Positions 1 through 11,704 of a DNA stretch of 64,000 bases are shown piece after piece. Position 1 is the first letter of the stretch; each line of letters opens with the position of its first letter. Origin of the DNA: the human T2T-CHM13v2.0 reference genome, Homo sapiens; assembly GCF_009914755.1 (NCBI RefSeq), contig NC_060939.1; one strand, 5' to 3'. The notes under the pieces were generated by a model. The model saw nothing but the letters and a program-made list of their open reading frames with translations. It was not told where the DNA came from and did not search any database. The position numbers and the translations under genes were made by a program.

Positions 1-3000
1 TGTCCAAATGCAGGCTCTGACTCAAGGGTCTGAGCATCTGAGACCCTGACCTGTTAGAAGTTCCCAGTGCTGTGATGCTGCCGGTGCCCAAGCCCCATCT
101 GAGGGTAAAGGGCTGTGCTTTTTCAATACAATGCATTCCTTCTCCCCATTCTGGAACTGCTGTCATGGCCACGCTGGGTCCCCTGGGTCTCGCCTCCAAA
201 TCTCTCACCCTTTTTCACGACTCTGTTTCTCTTTGCTTTTGTTCTGTACCTGCACATATGTCTCTCACTTGGCTGCAAGCACAGCAACTCAGGCCTAACA
301 CTTTGCTCTTCTTCAATTCATTATTCAATATTTTTTGTTGAAAACATTATAGGTTTTAGTTCCAGAAACTATTTTTTGTGCTGTGCTTAAATCTCTGAGT
401 GTCCTCATAATTTATCATTTGTTGTATTGTGTCGGTGGGACACAGTGGATAATCTTCTCTCACACTACTGGTCCCCTAAATGTGCCACTTGGATTTCACG
501 GGGTGCCATGGAGCTGGGGTCTGGCGGTGTAGTGGCTGGTCTGTGGACCATGGAAGATGGGAGACCCTCACTTCTGGGCCGGCAGTGCCCCTCTGAGGCT
601 GCTCCCCAACCACCCAGAGGGCATCCATTGTGCACCTGTCCGGGGCAGACTTGTAACCCACACAGCCCATCAGTACCAGGCTCAGCACCAAGCAAATGGG
701 GGAAAATGGCATTTCTGTGCTCCTCCCATTTCTGTTTCTCTAACTCTAGCACCTCCTTAGCTTGCACAATGGCAGAGTTGGGATTCAAGCCCAGATCCAC
801 CTCCTGCAGAACCTGAGCTGCTAATAGTGCCAACTGCTCATGTTATTAAACCTAATTGCAATCCGCCAGGCTGGGTTTGATCCTCCACATAATTATGTTC
901 CTGGATGTTTCAGGACAGGAGGAGTTAAAACAAAAATGAGATTAAGTTTTTTAAAAAATTGTAAAGCTAAAGCTCAAATGAAATGTTTTTGACTCTCACA
1001 TCCTCTGAAAGAGTGCTCTCCTGTGCCAGGTGTGATAGCCCAGGATGTCTGTCCTGATACCTCCCGCAGGGCTATGGGATGGGGCGAGACTGCAAAGAAA
1101 GCCGGGGAAAGGAGATGCCTGAGAAACTGCCTTCCACCCAGAGGCTGGGTGACAGCATAGATAATGATGAGTGCCAACAAGTCAGTTGAAGGAAACCCAC
1201 AGATTTATGTGCATAAATTACCAGCCTTTGAATTCAACATTCAGGACAAGAGTAATAATCTTTTAACTTGAAAGTTGCCTGAGGATTCTTCCTGTTCAAG
1301 CACATGAGGTTGAAAAGTTAAGGTTTAAATGGAGAAAGACTGTCAGGGAATTCTCAGTCATTATGCTGTTTCTCAGCGGTTCCAACTCGGTCTTTAGGGC
1401 CATGCAATGGAGCCCTAAGAACGCCACCCACAGAGGCCGCCTGCCCACCAAGAGGGCAAGAGGAAGGAAGAAGAGGCGGCGGGTGTGAAAGGGATTTCCC
1501 TGTATGGAAATATTGGTTAAACGTCTCCATGCCAAGAAAAGAAATAGGAAGAGAAATATCCTGAACAAATGTGAACAGAGTTCACCTGTTGCTCTCAGGC
1601 CATAGCTGACAACGCAAATGTAGCAGAAACAACCCCAAGCTGAAGACACGCTTGGAGAGATGACGCCATCGGAGAAGAGATGGGTTCTGTTTTGTCTCTT
1701 GAGACTCAATTCCCTGGAATACCACGCGAAGGCTGCTGAAATGCCCCACACAGCTCAGGCCCCCGCCAGCTCTCCCCACCTACACAGTGGCCTGCATTCA
1801 TGTCACTGGAGGTGGCAACTGCACCTGCCCGCTCTCTGACCCTTTTTAAGGTTCTATTCATGTTAAAATCCCCAGTGAAGAGTGTCCTGTTGACCTGGCC
1901 AATGACGCCAGCCAGAGGTGTGTTTCTGCATCTGACAGAGGCTGGCGAGGAGGCAGGGAAGGCAGGCAGCTCTGCTGACTGGGCGGCGAGAGCCCAGGCA
2001 CTGCACCCTGTGTTCATGCTGTGTCTGCAGCTGTGGGCAGGCACACCTGTCTCTCCTGATGCATTTTCATGAATGTTCTTTGGTCTTCTTGTCCATTCCC
2101 CACCTGAACACTGAGCAGGCCTCCCGAGTGGGTGCAGAGAGGACCAGTTACTCTAAGGGTGTTTGGTTAGCGCCAACCCTGAGGACCAAGAAGCCTGGCC
2201 AACTACAGAAGAAGCTCAGATGCCTGAATTCTGTAGATCTACATAAGCCAGGCCAGGGCACAAACGTTACAGAATGGCAAGGAGGCGGCACTGCCTTCTC
2301 TCTACATCAGCAGCAGGTGCAGAGGGACGCATGACTGCAAAGATCTCAGGCCTGAACTAGACCCGCGTTGCCACCCACATACTCTCCTCGTCACTCCCTG
2401 GGTTCAGAGGGCTCCACAGCTGTGCAGTGTAAAGGTCCTCCCAGTCAAAGGGGCCCCTCTGTAGGCAGGAAACCCAGATCACCTCCCAAAGAGCCATTCC
2501 TATCACTGCATCTGTCAGAAGCCAGAACCAGTGGGAGAAAACTGTAGACATGAGGATTTACTATGAATGAGTTGCCTTACATGACTGGGGGCCTGAGCAG
2601 GACACCCTACCTCCACCCAGAGGGCAGGCCATCGTACCCAGAGGCTGCCAGAGGGAAGGCAGATCCAGAGAAAGGACCAGCTCCCACCCAGGCAATGTAG
2701 AGGGCTATAGGTTGGTGTGGCTGGCTCCCAGTACAGGGAAGGAGGGAGTTGAGAGGGACAGCTGCCACCAGTGGCAAAGAACAGCACTGTCAAAGGCACA
2801 AGAGCCCCAGCGTCGTGCTGAAGAGGTGGCACCACATCACTGAAGATGAGGGTGTGTCTCGAGTGGCAGGTGGTCTGGCAGGAGGGAGGTGCACAGCTAG
2901 GGTCTGCGACTCTGAGACATGCAGCAAGCATGGGGTGTCCAGCTCCCTCAGTAACAGAGTAGCAGAGGATGGCAGGCCAGGGAGGAGGCAGACACAGAGT

Positions 3001-3099
3001 TATTCCAGGACAATTAATCTACTGCAGTTAGTTCACTTTCCTATTCATCTGCAAACACTTGCTAAATATCTTTTTGGTGCCAGGTATAACGCTAGTGAA

Positions 3100-3682
3100 T
3101 GAGGCTACAAACACAAACGGCTGGAATTCCCAGACAGCTGCAGACACTCTTGACAATCCGCTTGTCCAGTGACTTGGTGGATGTAGGTGCACAGTACTGT
3201 GGGACCCAGAGGGCAAGCGAGGCTCTGCACCAGGAAGCACAGAAGCATCGAGGAGAAAGCGCTGAGGTAGGGATGGAGAAAGGCTTTGAAGCCTCCTCGG
3301 AGATCTGTTTTGTGAGTTCTGGGCCTCCAAGGCAGAAGCCAGAAACACACTTTTGCCACCTGCATTGCAGCTAGAACAGGCATGGGTTCCTCCAATCAGA
3401 CACACCTGCTCCAGAGGCCAGTCTGGAGAATTTGGAGGAGAGGTGTGACAAGGCATACTCAAGAGCAGGCTGACAGAAGTCCCTGGACTCAGCAGCCAGC
3501 GTCGGGGCAGGGATCCTGAGCACTCAGGGCAAGCTGCAAAAGCTGGGGGCTTGTGGGCAGCCGCCCCCCATTCCCAGTGTGCAGTTGAGAAATTCTCAGA
3601 AATTCCAAGAACTATGTACTATCCCTAGATAAACTCCTTCTCATCTTAAACTAACTAAAATAGGTTCTGTTCACTGCAACTG
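3100..3682 (+). mobile_element. MaLR (MLT1-like) LTR remnant
   Basis: MLT1-like 3' terminus (ataaactccttctc...ggttctgttcactgcaac); heavily diverged. Confidence 0.45.
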
Positions 3683-4715
3683 TTGTTTGAAATGTTGATA
3701 CCACTAGGTGCATTACAAACAGAATGATTTCCACTAAAGGACTAGGAATAAAATCAGTACCTTCAAAACCAGTTGATGGATGCGGAGGTATGATGTATCA
3801 ATCTAAAGAAGTCAGGAAATGATGGTGAAAAAAAAGAATTAGCAAGGAAAAAGCATTAAAAAGTGAAATGATGGTACTTAGTTCAAGTCGATAAGTCATT
3901 ACAATAAATGTAAACATGTTAAACTATTCTCTTAAAAGATAATCTGCTTTGAATTTTAAAAATCTACTTGCATGCTGCTTAAAAATGCAATTGGAAAAAG
4001 AATTTAAAATAAATAAATAAAGGACTAGAAAAAGATAAACCTGGCAGAGGCTCAGAGCAGAGATGGAGACCTCACACAAGGTAAAAGAAACCAGTCGCTG
4101 TGAAGTTACTAGATAATGAACTTTTAACACCTAATATGATCACAAAGTAAATAATGCAAAAACGTGCTGAAGTGCAAGGAGAAACAAACCAATTAACAAA
4201 GTTCTCTGCTGTATCAAAACAGATTGATTTAAAAGAGATAAGTGAATCTAGAGGATAACAACACAACGACATGCTTATGTATGTTAATGCTCACATTATA
4301 TGAGCAATATATATGTATGTTAACTGCTCACAGACACTGAGAAAATTTGAACATTTCATCTCCTTTGCTGCAGGATTTCCTTTTTGCTTATTTTTTAAGG
4401 AACAAAATATTATAAATAAATGTGAAGCTCCTTTCCTCCCTCAGGCCCCAGGATTGTTTTCATCCTTCCCTCTCCTCAGGGAGCTGCCTTCATGAATTCA
4501 AGTCGTAACCACCTATGCAGCAGCCCACTGTGGGAGGAGCTGGGGCAGGATCCTGGCTCCTGTGTGTCAGCAGGGGCAGAAGCCAAACACGGAGTGACCG
4601 AAGCAGCCGCAGTGTGCAGAAGCTGACATGCAGCTTTTTAGGCGTGCAGCTGGAGAAAAACAGTCACATGGTAAGTCAGATGATGTTTTGGGGGTTTCTA
4701 AGCATTAAACCCTAT

Positions 4716-5412
4716 AGACCATATCTTCTAACCACCTGCAGCGGAAATCAGGCTCTCGAAGAAGAAATAGCTGTACTCCCATTTTCACTGTAGCATTACT
4801 CAGAATAGCCAAGACATGGGAAAAACTTGCGTGTCCACTGATGGACATGTGGATAAAGAAAATGTGGTATATGAATATATATGCAATGAAAGGTGATTCG
4901 GACTTAAAAGAGCAGAAAATCCTGCCATTTGTGACAACATGGATGAACGCAGACGGCATTATGCTATGTGAGATAAGCGAGTTACAGAAGGAGCAACACC
5001 GCCTGATTCCATCGTGTGTGGAATCTAAAATCGTCACGCTCACGGAAGCAGAGAGTAGAATGGTGGCTGTCGGGGGTGGAGGGAGGGGGATGGGCAGAGG
5101 CTGCTCAATGGGTAGAGTTTCAGTTATCCCAGATGGGTACATTCCAGGGGCCGTGGTATGACACAGTGCCTAGCGTTAATATGGTATCATGCACTTCAAA
5201 GTGTACTAAGAGGTCAGATGGGTGTTAAGTGTTCTTACCATGAAGCACACATATATACACATAAGCACATGTATGGAGATGATGCATGCGTTCAGTACCT
5301 TGATTGTGGTGATATTATCACAGGTATACACATATATGTCCAAATTCATGAAAACTTATACATTCGATAGGTGCAGATTTTTGTCAATGACTTCAATACA
5401 GCTTTTTAAAAA
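4716..5412 (+). mobile_element. L1MA-type 3' end
   Basis: Typical L1 ORF2 end and 3'UTR (gccaagacatgg, cctgccatttgtgacaacatggatgaac, gagagtagaatggtgg). Confidence 0.85.
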
Positions 5413-7180
5413 ATGTGGTGAAAAGACACTCAAAGGAAAAGAGGGGAGAAGGGAGTGAGGGAAAGTGGAGAGACCTCGACGCCCACCCACTTCGCAGATC
5501 CCTGCTCCAGGGAAGGGCCACATGTCCCCTTCCCACCCAAGGATTGTGACCATCGCTGCATGCCGCTTCCAGCCTGAGGCAGCAAACCCCAGTGGCTCCC
5601 CATGTCCCTCCCGTGATGTGGCCACTGCAGACACCTCATGCTAGCGTGGCACAGTCACTCCGGGGAGATGCATGGGCTTTGAAGAGCTGTGTGTCCACCT
5701 CTGCACCCTGTGGCTGCTGTGGTCATGCTGTATGTGGCTTCTGCCCCTGTGGACACACAAGAGCCAGCATCCCACCCTCAGCACCCCCACAGCGGCCACT
5801 GCAGAGATGGATGGGACCCACATTCATGAGGGCAGAGATGGTCCTGAGACTCCAGGGGAAGAACAGAGACCTGCCTGTTTATCTGTAATGTTGTATTTCT
5901 TGATAAAACACACAACAAATTCTGAGGCAAAGAGGATAAAATGTTGACACTTTCTCACTTTCTGTGGTGAACATATGGATATTTGTTGTACTATTGTCTC
6001 TGATTCCATTTTTTAAAGTTAAATTTTAGGTAGTCATAAAAATTTATGGAACAAAACTGTGAAAGTGTCCTATTCTCAGAAAAAGCAGCAACTTAAATCA
6101 TCAATGCTAGGGCTCTTCTAATTCAGTCCCAGAAAGGATCTGGGTGCAAACCTCAGAGCCCCCCAGAGGTGGGGTTCAGCTGTGAGCGCAGGGTCAGAAG
6201 GAAGCACTGATGGAGGCTGTGTCGGGGTCCTGCGCTCGGTCCGCAACTGTGGCCTCATTGGCTGGGACAGCGCGGAGTCTCCTGTGGACTGTGTTTCCCT
6301 GGAGAACAGGATGAATGCACAGGATGAAGCTGAGGATTGGGTAAGGGCAGCCCTGCCAGAAGGCATCAGCCTGCCTGGGGCGCAGGGAGAGGTGGAGCCA
6401 GCTGGGCCACAGCCGGGACATTTGACAACAGCCGCAAGAGTTCTCCAATTTGGAACTTCACCAAAAAAATAACAGCCACCGAGTTAGTTCAGGATTACCA
6501 CACCCAGGCCCTGGAAGGAGAGCAACAGCCAAGCAACTAGAGGGCCAACCTAGGCAGAAACTAAATTCCAGGCTGCAAGCGAGGGATGCAGGTTCCCAGA
6601 TCCGCCTAAGGTCGGCGCTGCATGAGCCTGGCCTGCCCTTCTCCCCACACAGCCAGGCCTGCTGCTCCAGCCCGGGGGTGCCATTGTTCAGAATACTATA
6701 CAGGGCGGTGGGATGTCTTGGGACCCCCTTGCATGGGATGTTCCCTGCGGGGAAGGGGGAGACCCTCAGAGTCAGAAGAACAGAGGGCTCTCCCCTGTCC
6801 TGTGTCCTGCCATGGGGAGTGCTCACCAGGCTTCTGGCCTGTGCCCTGCACACCTGGGACCTCAAGTATTTGTGAGAGGACCCCAGAGACTTGTGTGCAA
6901 GCCCCTGGGCCTATCTTTACTTTGCCACACCTGGATTCCCAGTTCCTGCCCTGAGCCAAGCAATCAGTGACGGCAGAAGTCACGCCAGGAACAGGCTCAT
7001 CTGCCCAACTAAAGGTCTTCGATGTGTACTTCCAATCCTGGCTGGGGCTCAAGACCACACAGAGAATGAAAGATCTTGCCCAGGCCAAGCACTAGGAGAC
7101 ACACAGGCTGGTTAGAATAGCTTTTGCCTCCGCCGCAAATGAAGATGCAAGTCTCTATCTTTTGATGTCTCACAATTTTC

Positions 7181-7305
7181 GAAAGGAAGGAAGGAAGGAA
7201 AGAAGGAAGGAAGGAAAGAAGGAAGGAAGGAAGGAAGGAAAGAAGGAAGGAAGGGAGGGAGGGAGGGAGGGAAGGAAAGACAGAAAGGAAAGAAAGAAAG
7301 AAAGA

Positions 7306-7339
<34 letters not shown>

Positions 7340-7381
7340 AAGAAAGAAAGAGAAAGAAAGAGAGAAAGCAAGCAAGCAAGC
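7181..7381 (+). repeat. Compound purine microsatellite (GGAA)n/(GGAG)n/(GAAA)n/(GCAA)n
   Basis: Directly visible ~200 bp tract that is almost entirely purine. Confidence 0.97.
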
Positions 7382-7671
7382 ACAGCCTTTTCTGGGAGGG
7401 GTGGCAGCTCTCAGTGGGGCTGACCTCGAGATCACCAGTCACCCCAGGACGTGCTGTCCACGGCAGCTGCAGAGCCTCGGCTCCCAGCCTGCAGTCTGGG
7501 CTCTCGGCACTCCCCACCCAGCTGCCCTGGGCTCTGCTCACTTTCGTCCTCTACACCTGTGAGTGCAGCAGAGGGGCAGGCTTCATCCTCTGCTGCCTTA
7601 GGAAGGGAGGGTGAGCCCCAGGCTATGTCCAGGCTAAAGTTGAGCCGTCGACATGGACATGTGCAACTCAC

Positions 7672-7776
7672 CATGGTAGCAGTGAACGGGATGTTGTCAA
7701 TCAGGGACGACGCCAGGGCTGAGACCCACACCACCAGGACAATGGCGGCTATGAGGCGCTGCTCCTCTGGGACCAT
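7672..7776 (-). CDS. OCA2: OCA2 coding exon (exon 21), 105 nt, [35 protein letters not shown]
   Basis: Translation matches P protein including the conserved DNIPF motif. AG acceptor at 7778-7777 and GTGAGT donor at 7671-7666; phase 0/0. Confidence 0.98.
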
Positions 7777-8380
7777 CTGGAAGGAGGACAATAGCAGCTG
7801 CAGTGTTCCATCGCATGCACTTAGGGTCAGACCCACCAGCCGCGAGACTCAGAGGGGCCCGAGGGTGTTAGTCCTTCCTCTTACCCATCACGAGACCAAG
7901 GCAGACATAGGTGTGCAAGCCAGGGCCACACCCACACCAGGAGCCTCTGCTGGGTTTCTACCAGCAAAGCCCAGCCATGCCCAGACCTGCCAGCCCCCTG
8001 GATGGGGAGGCAGAGTGACCCTGCCCCTCATCCCCATGTGGTGGCTGCGCACACTGGTCACATTGACCTGATGGCCCGGCAGACCCCTGGGGCTGGGGCG
8101 CCTGCAGCACTCATTTACTGAGGCTGGTGTCAATCCCACTCCTTCTCAGACAGGCTTTAAATAAAGGCTAAAAGCAAAAGAGCAGGCATCTGTAATTACA
8201 TATTCTTCGGAAAAAGTCTCCCTTCATCTCTGGGCTGCACAGGATAGAACAGGTTCCCTGCTGTGCCTTTTTACATAATTAATGGGACCTGTTCTTACCA
8301 GAGTGCTTTTTTTTTTTAATTTTTTTCACAAAATCAAAGAACAGTGGCTGGAGTGCCTTCTATTATAGCATTTATTTTAC

Positions 8381-8440
8381 CTTTATTAGCAAAGCAGTTT
8401 GTTCTCCAACATATTCTATTAAGTGGAGATGTGCCAATGC
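8381..8440 (-). CDS. OCA2: OCA2 coding exon (exon 20), 60 nt, ALAHLHLIEYVGEQTALLIK
   Basis: Minus-strand translation joins the flanking exons in frame; ttctag acceptor and gtaaaa donor. Confidence 0.97.
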
Positions 8441-9151
8441 CTAGAAGAAAGGATGTGTGGTGAGAATCAGTTTAGAACCGAAAATATATGCAAGATTTAA
8501 AAAAAAAGTCTTGAAAATGAAAAGACGTGAACATAAGGTAGGCCCAGATTCCTGCTTCTTATAAAAGATCAGACTCAAATACACAGTCTATAAATAATTT
8601 ACTATCATATATGCACAACGAAGATTCATGGAGAAAAAGTCCAACAGCAGTGGCAGAAATCCCTCATTGATTTGAGTTAAGGTCCATGTTAAATTTAAAT
8701 CCGAATGGAAGACTCTCTTTAAGACCTGTGTATAAAGATACTGTTCAATCGTACATAATGAAATACCACTCCATATAGATCTTTCAAGAAAGTCGCATTT
8801 CCAATTTCTTTTTAAAGTTAAACATCACAGAGTTTTAAAAGACATTTTTAATGCAGTTTTTGTAATCTTCAAAGAAAGAAAGGAAAAGTCTATTTAACTG
8901 GCACATGTAACTATTTTCACAGTACTAGGCAGATTCAGAAAACTGTACTCAGGGAAAGGCAGGAAAGAGTAGAAGAGAGAAGATGAGACGCAGGAGCCTT
9001 CTGCCCAGGTGGCCAAGGTCCCACACAGGGATGCCCAGAGGCTCACGACCGAGCCACTGTGAGAGGTCACCGGAAAGCAACAGGTGCCGGTGGCTCAGCT
9101 GCCCAGCACCTCTGTGGGTGTGGCCTTTTCACTGTGATTCCATCGCGCTGA

Positions 9152-9520
<369 letters not shown>

Positions 9521-9672
9521 TAAATTAAGCTTCAGAATCTCAATCTGCATGTACAGTTGTTAGCCGACTTTCATTTAAAAGCTATGGAGCCCAAATGTTG
9601 GGTCTTCAATCACGATTCTCCATCAAGTTTGCTTTTATATCAACTAAGTCATAAGGAGAATCTCTTTAGAGC

Positions 9673-9884
9673 AGGGTTTCTCACCCTCGCCCTGCTAACT
9701 TAGAGCCAGATCGTTCTTGGCTGTGGGGCTGGCCCGTGCATTATAAAATGTTGCGTAGCAGCCCTGGCCTGGTGCCACTAGATGCCAGTGGCACCTCACC
9801 AACACCAGTGTGACAGCCAAAGATGTCTCCAGACACAGCCACTGTCCTCTGGGGGAGTAAAATCACCCCCTGTTAAGAACCAAT
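9673..9884. mobile_element. MER20 (hAT-Charlie) DNA transposon
   Basis: cagggtttctca...ccactagatgccagtggcacc...aaatcaccccctgttaagaacca. Confidence 0.8.
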
Positions 9885-11704
9885 GTTCCCAGGGGGGATA
9901 AAATCACCCACTGTTAAAGAACGAATAATTTATCATAATCCAAATTTTATTAAATAACACTTTAAAATTGAAAAAATATTGAATGTAGCTATACCTTTTA
10001 TTTTGTTTGATATCATCAGTTGAAAGAAAAATCAGAGGCCTAAACCAGATTAAAATGTTCTGCCAAATACCAAATAGAGATGGTTGTGTGTGTATATGCC
10101 CCCCACATGCACACAGAGTATGGTGTGCACCTCTTGATGTGTACCTATAGACATTTATATTTACATATTTAGTGTCATATAATTATCCTAAATATCATGC
10201 TCTGCGTTATGTAATGTAAGACAAAATAAAGTAAAATCTTCAAAAAACTTGAATATTGCACCTAATAACTCAGCTCAAAATAAATGATCTCTTAATTTAA
10301 AAAAAATCAAAATATGAAGAAAATACAAATACACTCTTTTACAAAATAAAGTAATTATCTAGCACATCCCTATCTATCAAGCCTAACACTGTAGGTATAT
10401 AATGTGTATTTTACAGTATGTGAAGTTTATGTACAGTTGAAGATTATACATATTACTTGTCTCCTTCATCAGCTTATACAGTGAAAAGATGATTGTGTGG
10501 TATAAATCAGGATGTGAAACATCATTAGTCTGTCACAGAAATGCTGATTCAGCAATGACCTGACATCCTTGTCCCACTGAAATAAGCCAATACAATAAAT
10601 CATTGCTACCACTTATTTCAAAATGATAAACTAGGAGGTCTAAGAGTCCCTTCTTCAGCCAAACAAATGGACCCTAGATAAAACATACTTTTTAACACAT
10701 TCTAGATTAGCAAGACAAGGTATGGTTTTCCAAGGAATCTCTCTCCCCACGAAAACATTTCCTGCAGCTGTCTAGGAGCGGCAAGACTTGAGTGGCACAG
10801 GATGGAACTGCCTGGAACCTCGAGGCTGATCAAGCACTGAAGTCAGAGGAGGTGTGAACACCTGTGAGGGTTGTAGGCTCCACTGTTTCTCACATTGAGC
10901 CAAGATCCTTGAAATGCACTAAAATTATTCCCTGGCATCCAGAAGAAGCAGACACAGCAGTTTCTGGAGGAAAGCATCCCGCCTGCAGGCCCTCAGGAAT
11001 CCCACAGAATACGATGAAGTGATGAGATTATAGTCTTGCATCTCCAGGGACACAAGAAGACAAGCAGCATGAATGAGAGCAGAAACAACCAAAACAGATT
11101 TAGCCAGACCCCAAAACCGCATGGATGAGAATTCATAGATACTGAATGTAAAAGAGGAATTTTGCTTAAAGAAATTAGGGGTTGAAGAGTTTAAAAGTAC
11201 CAATTAACATGGGCCCTTAATGAGTTAAGAATGAAGGCTATCATCTCCAGATGACATTAAACCACTAAAAATACTAAAAGAGTGAGTATATAACTGCCAG
11301 GAAAGGGGAAATAGAATTTTAAATAATTCTCAATCAAATCAAATAGTCAAAAATTGACTAGTCAAGAAAACTAAGGTAATAAATCATAATAGAAATTTAA
11401 AATAATTTTGAATAAATAAAATGTAAATGCAATCAAAATGCACATGAAAACTTGAGGGATGCAGCTACAGGGAAATTTATAGTCTTAAATATACACAATG
11501 GGAAATATGAAGCATGAAAATCAAAAGCTAAGTATCCATCTTTGTAAGTTAAGAAAATGACAAATTGAACCCAAAGAAGTGAAGAGAAAATGATAATTTT
11601 AAGTAGAAAGTGGGAAAGAGAGTCACCAAAAACAACAACGAAAAAGAGATCATCACTATAAAGATACTACAATAAACAGATAATGGAGTAAAACTACAAA
11701 TCAA

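Noticed and set aside
7009-7614. Low-complexity ORFs (FLS- and KER-rich)
   Set aside because: These are translations of the purine microsatellite.
7451-8071. 206-aa plus-strand ORF over exon 21 containing the FN3-like QLTMVAVNG
   Set aside because: The motif is the forced antisense of the ancient NIPFTATM sequence, and the region is GC-rich. It shows that by-eye FN3 matching can give false positives, so it is not counted as evidence.
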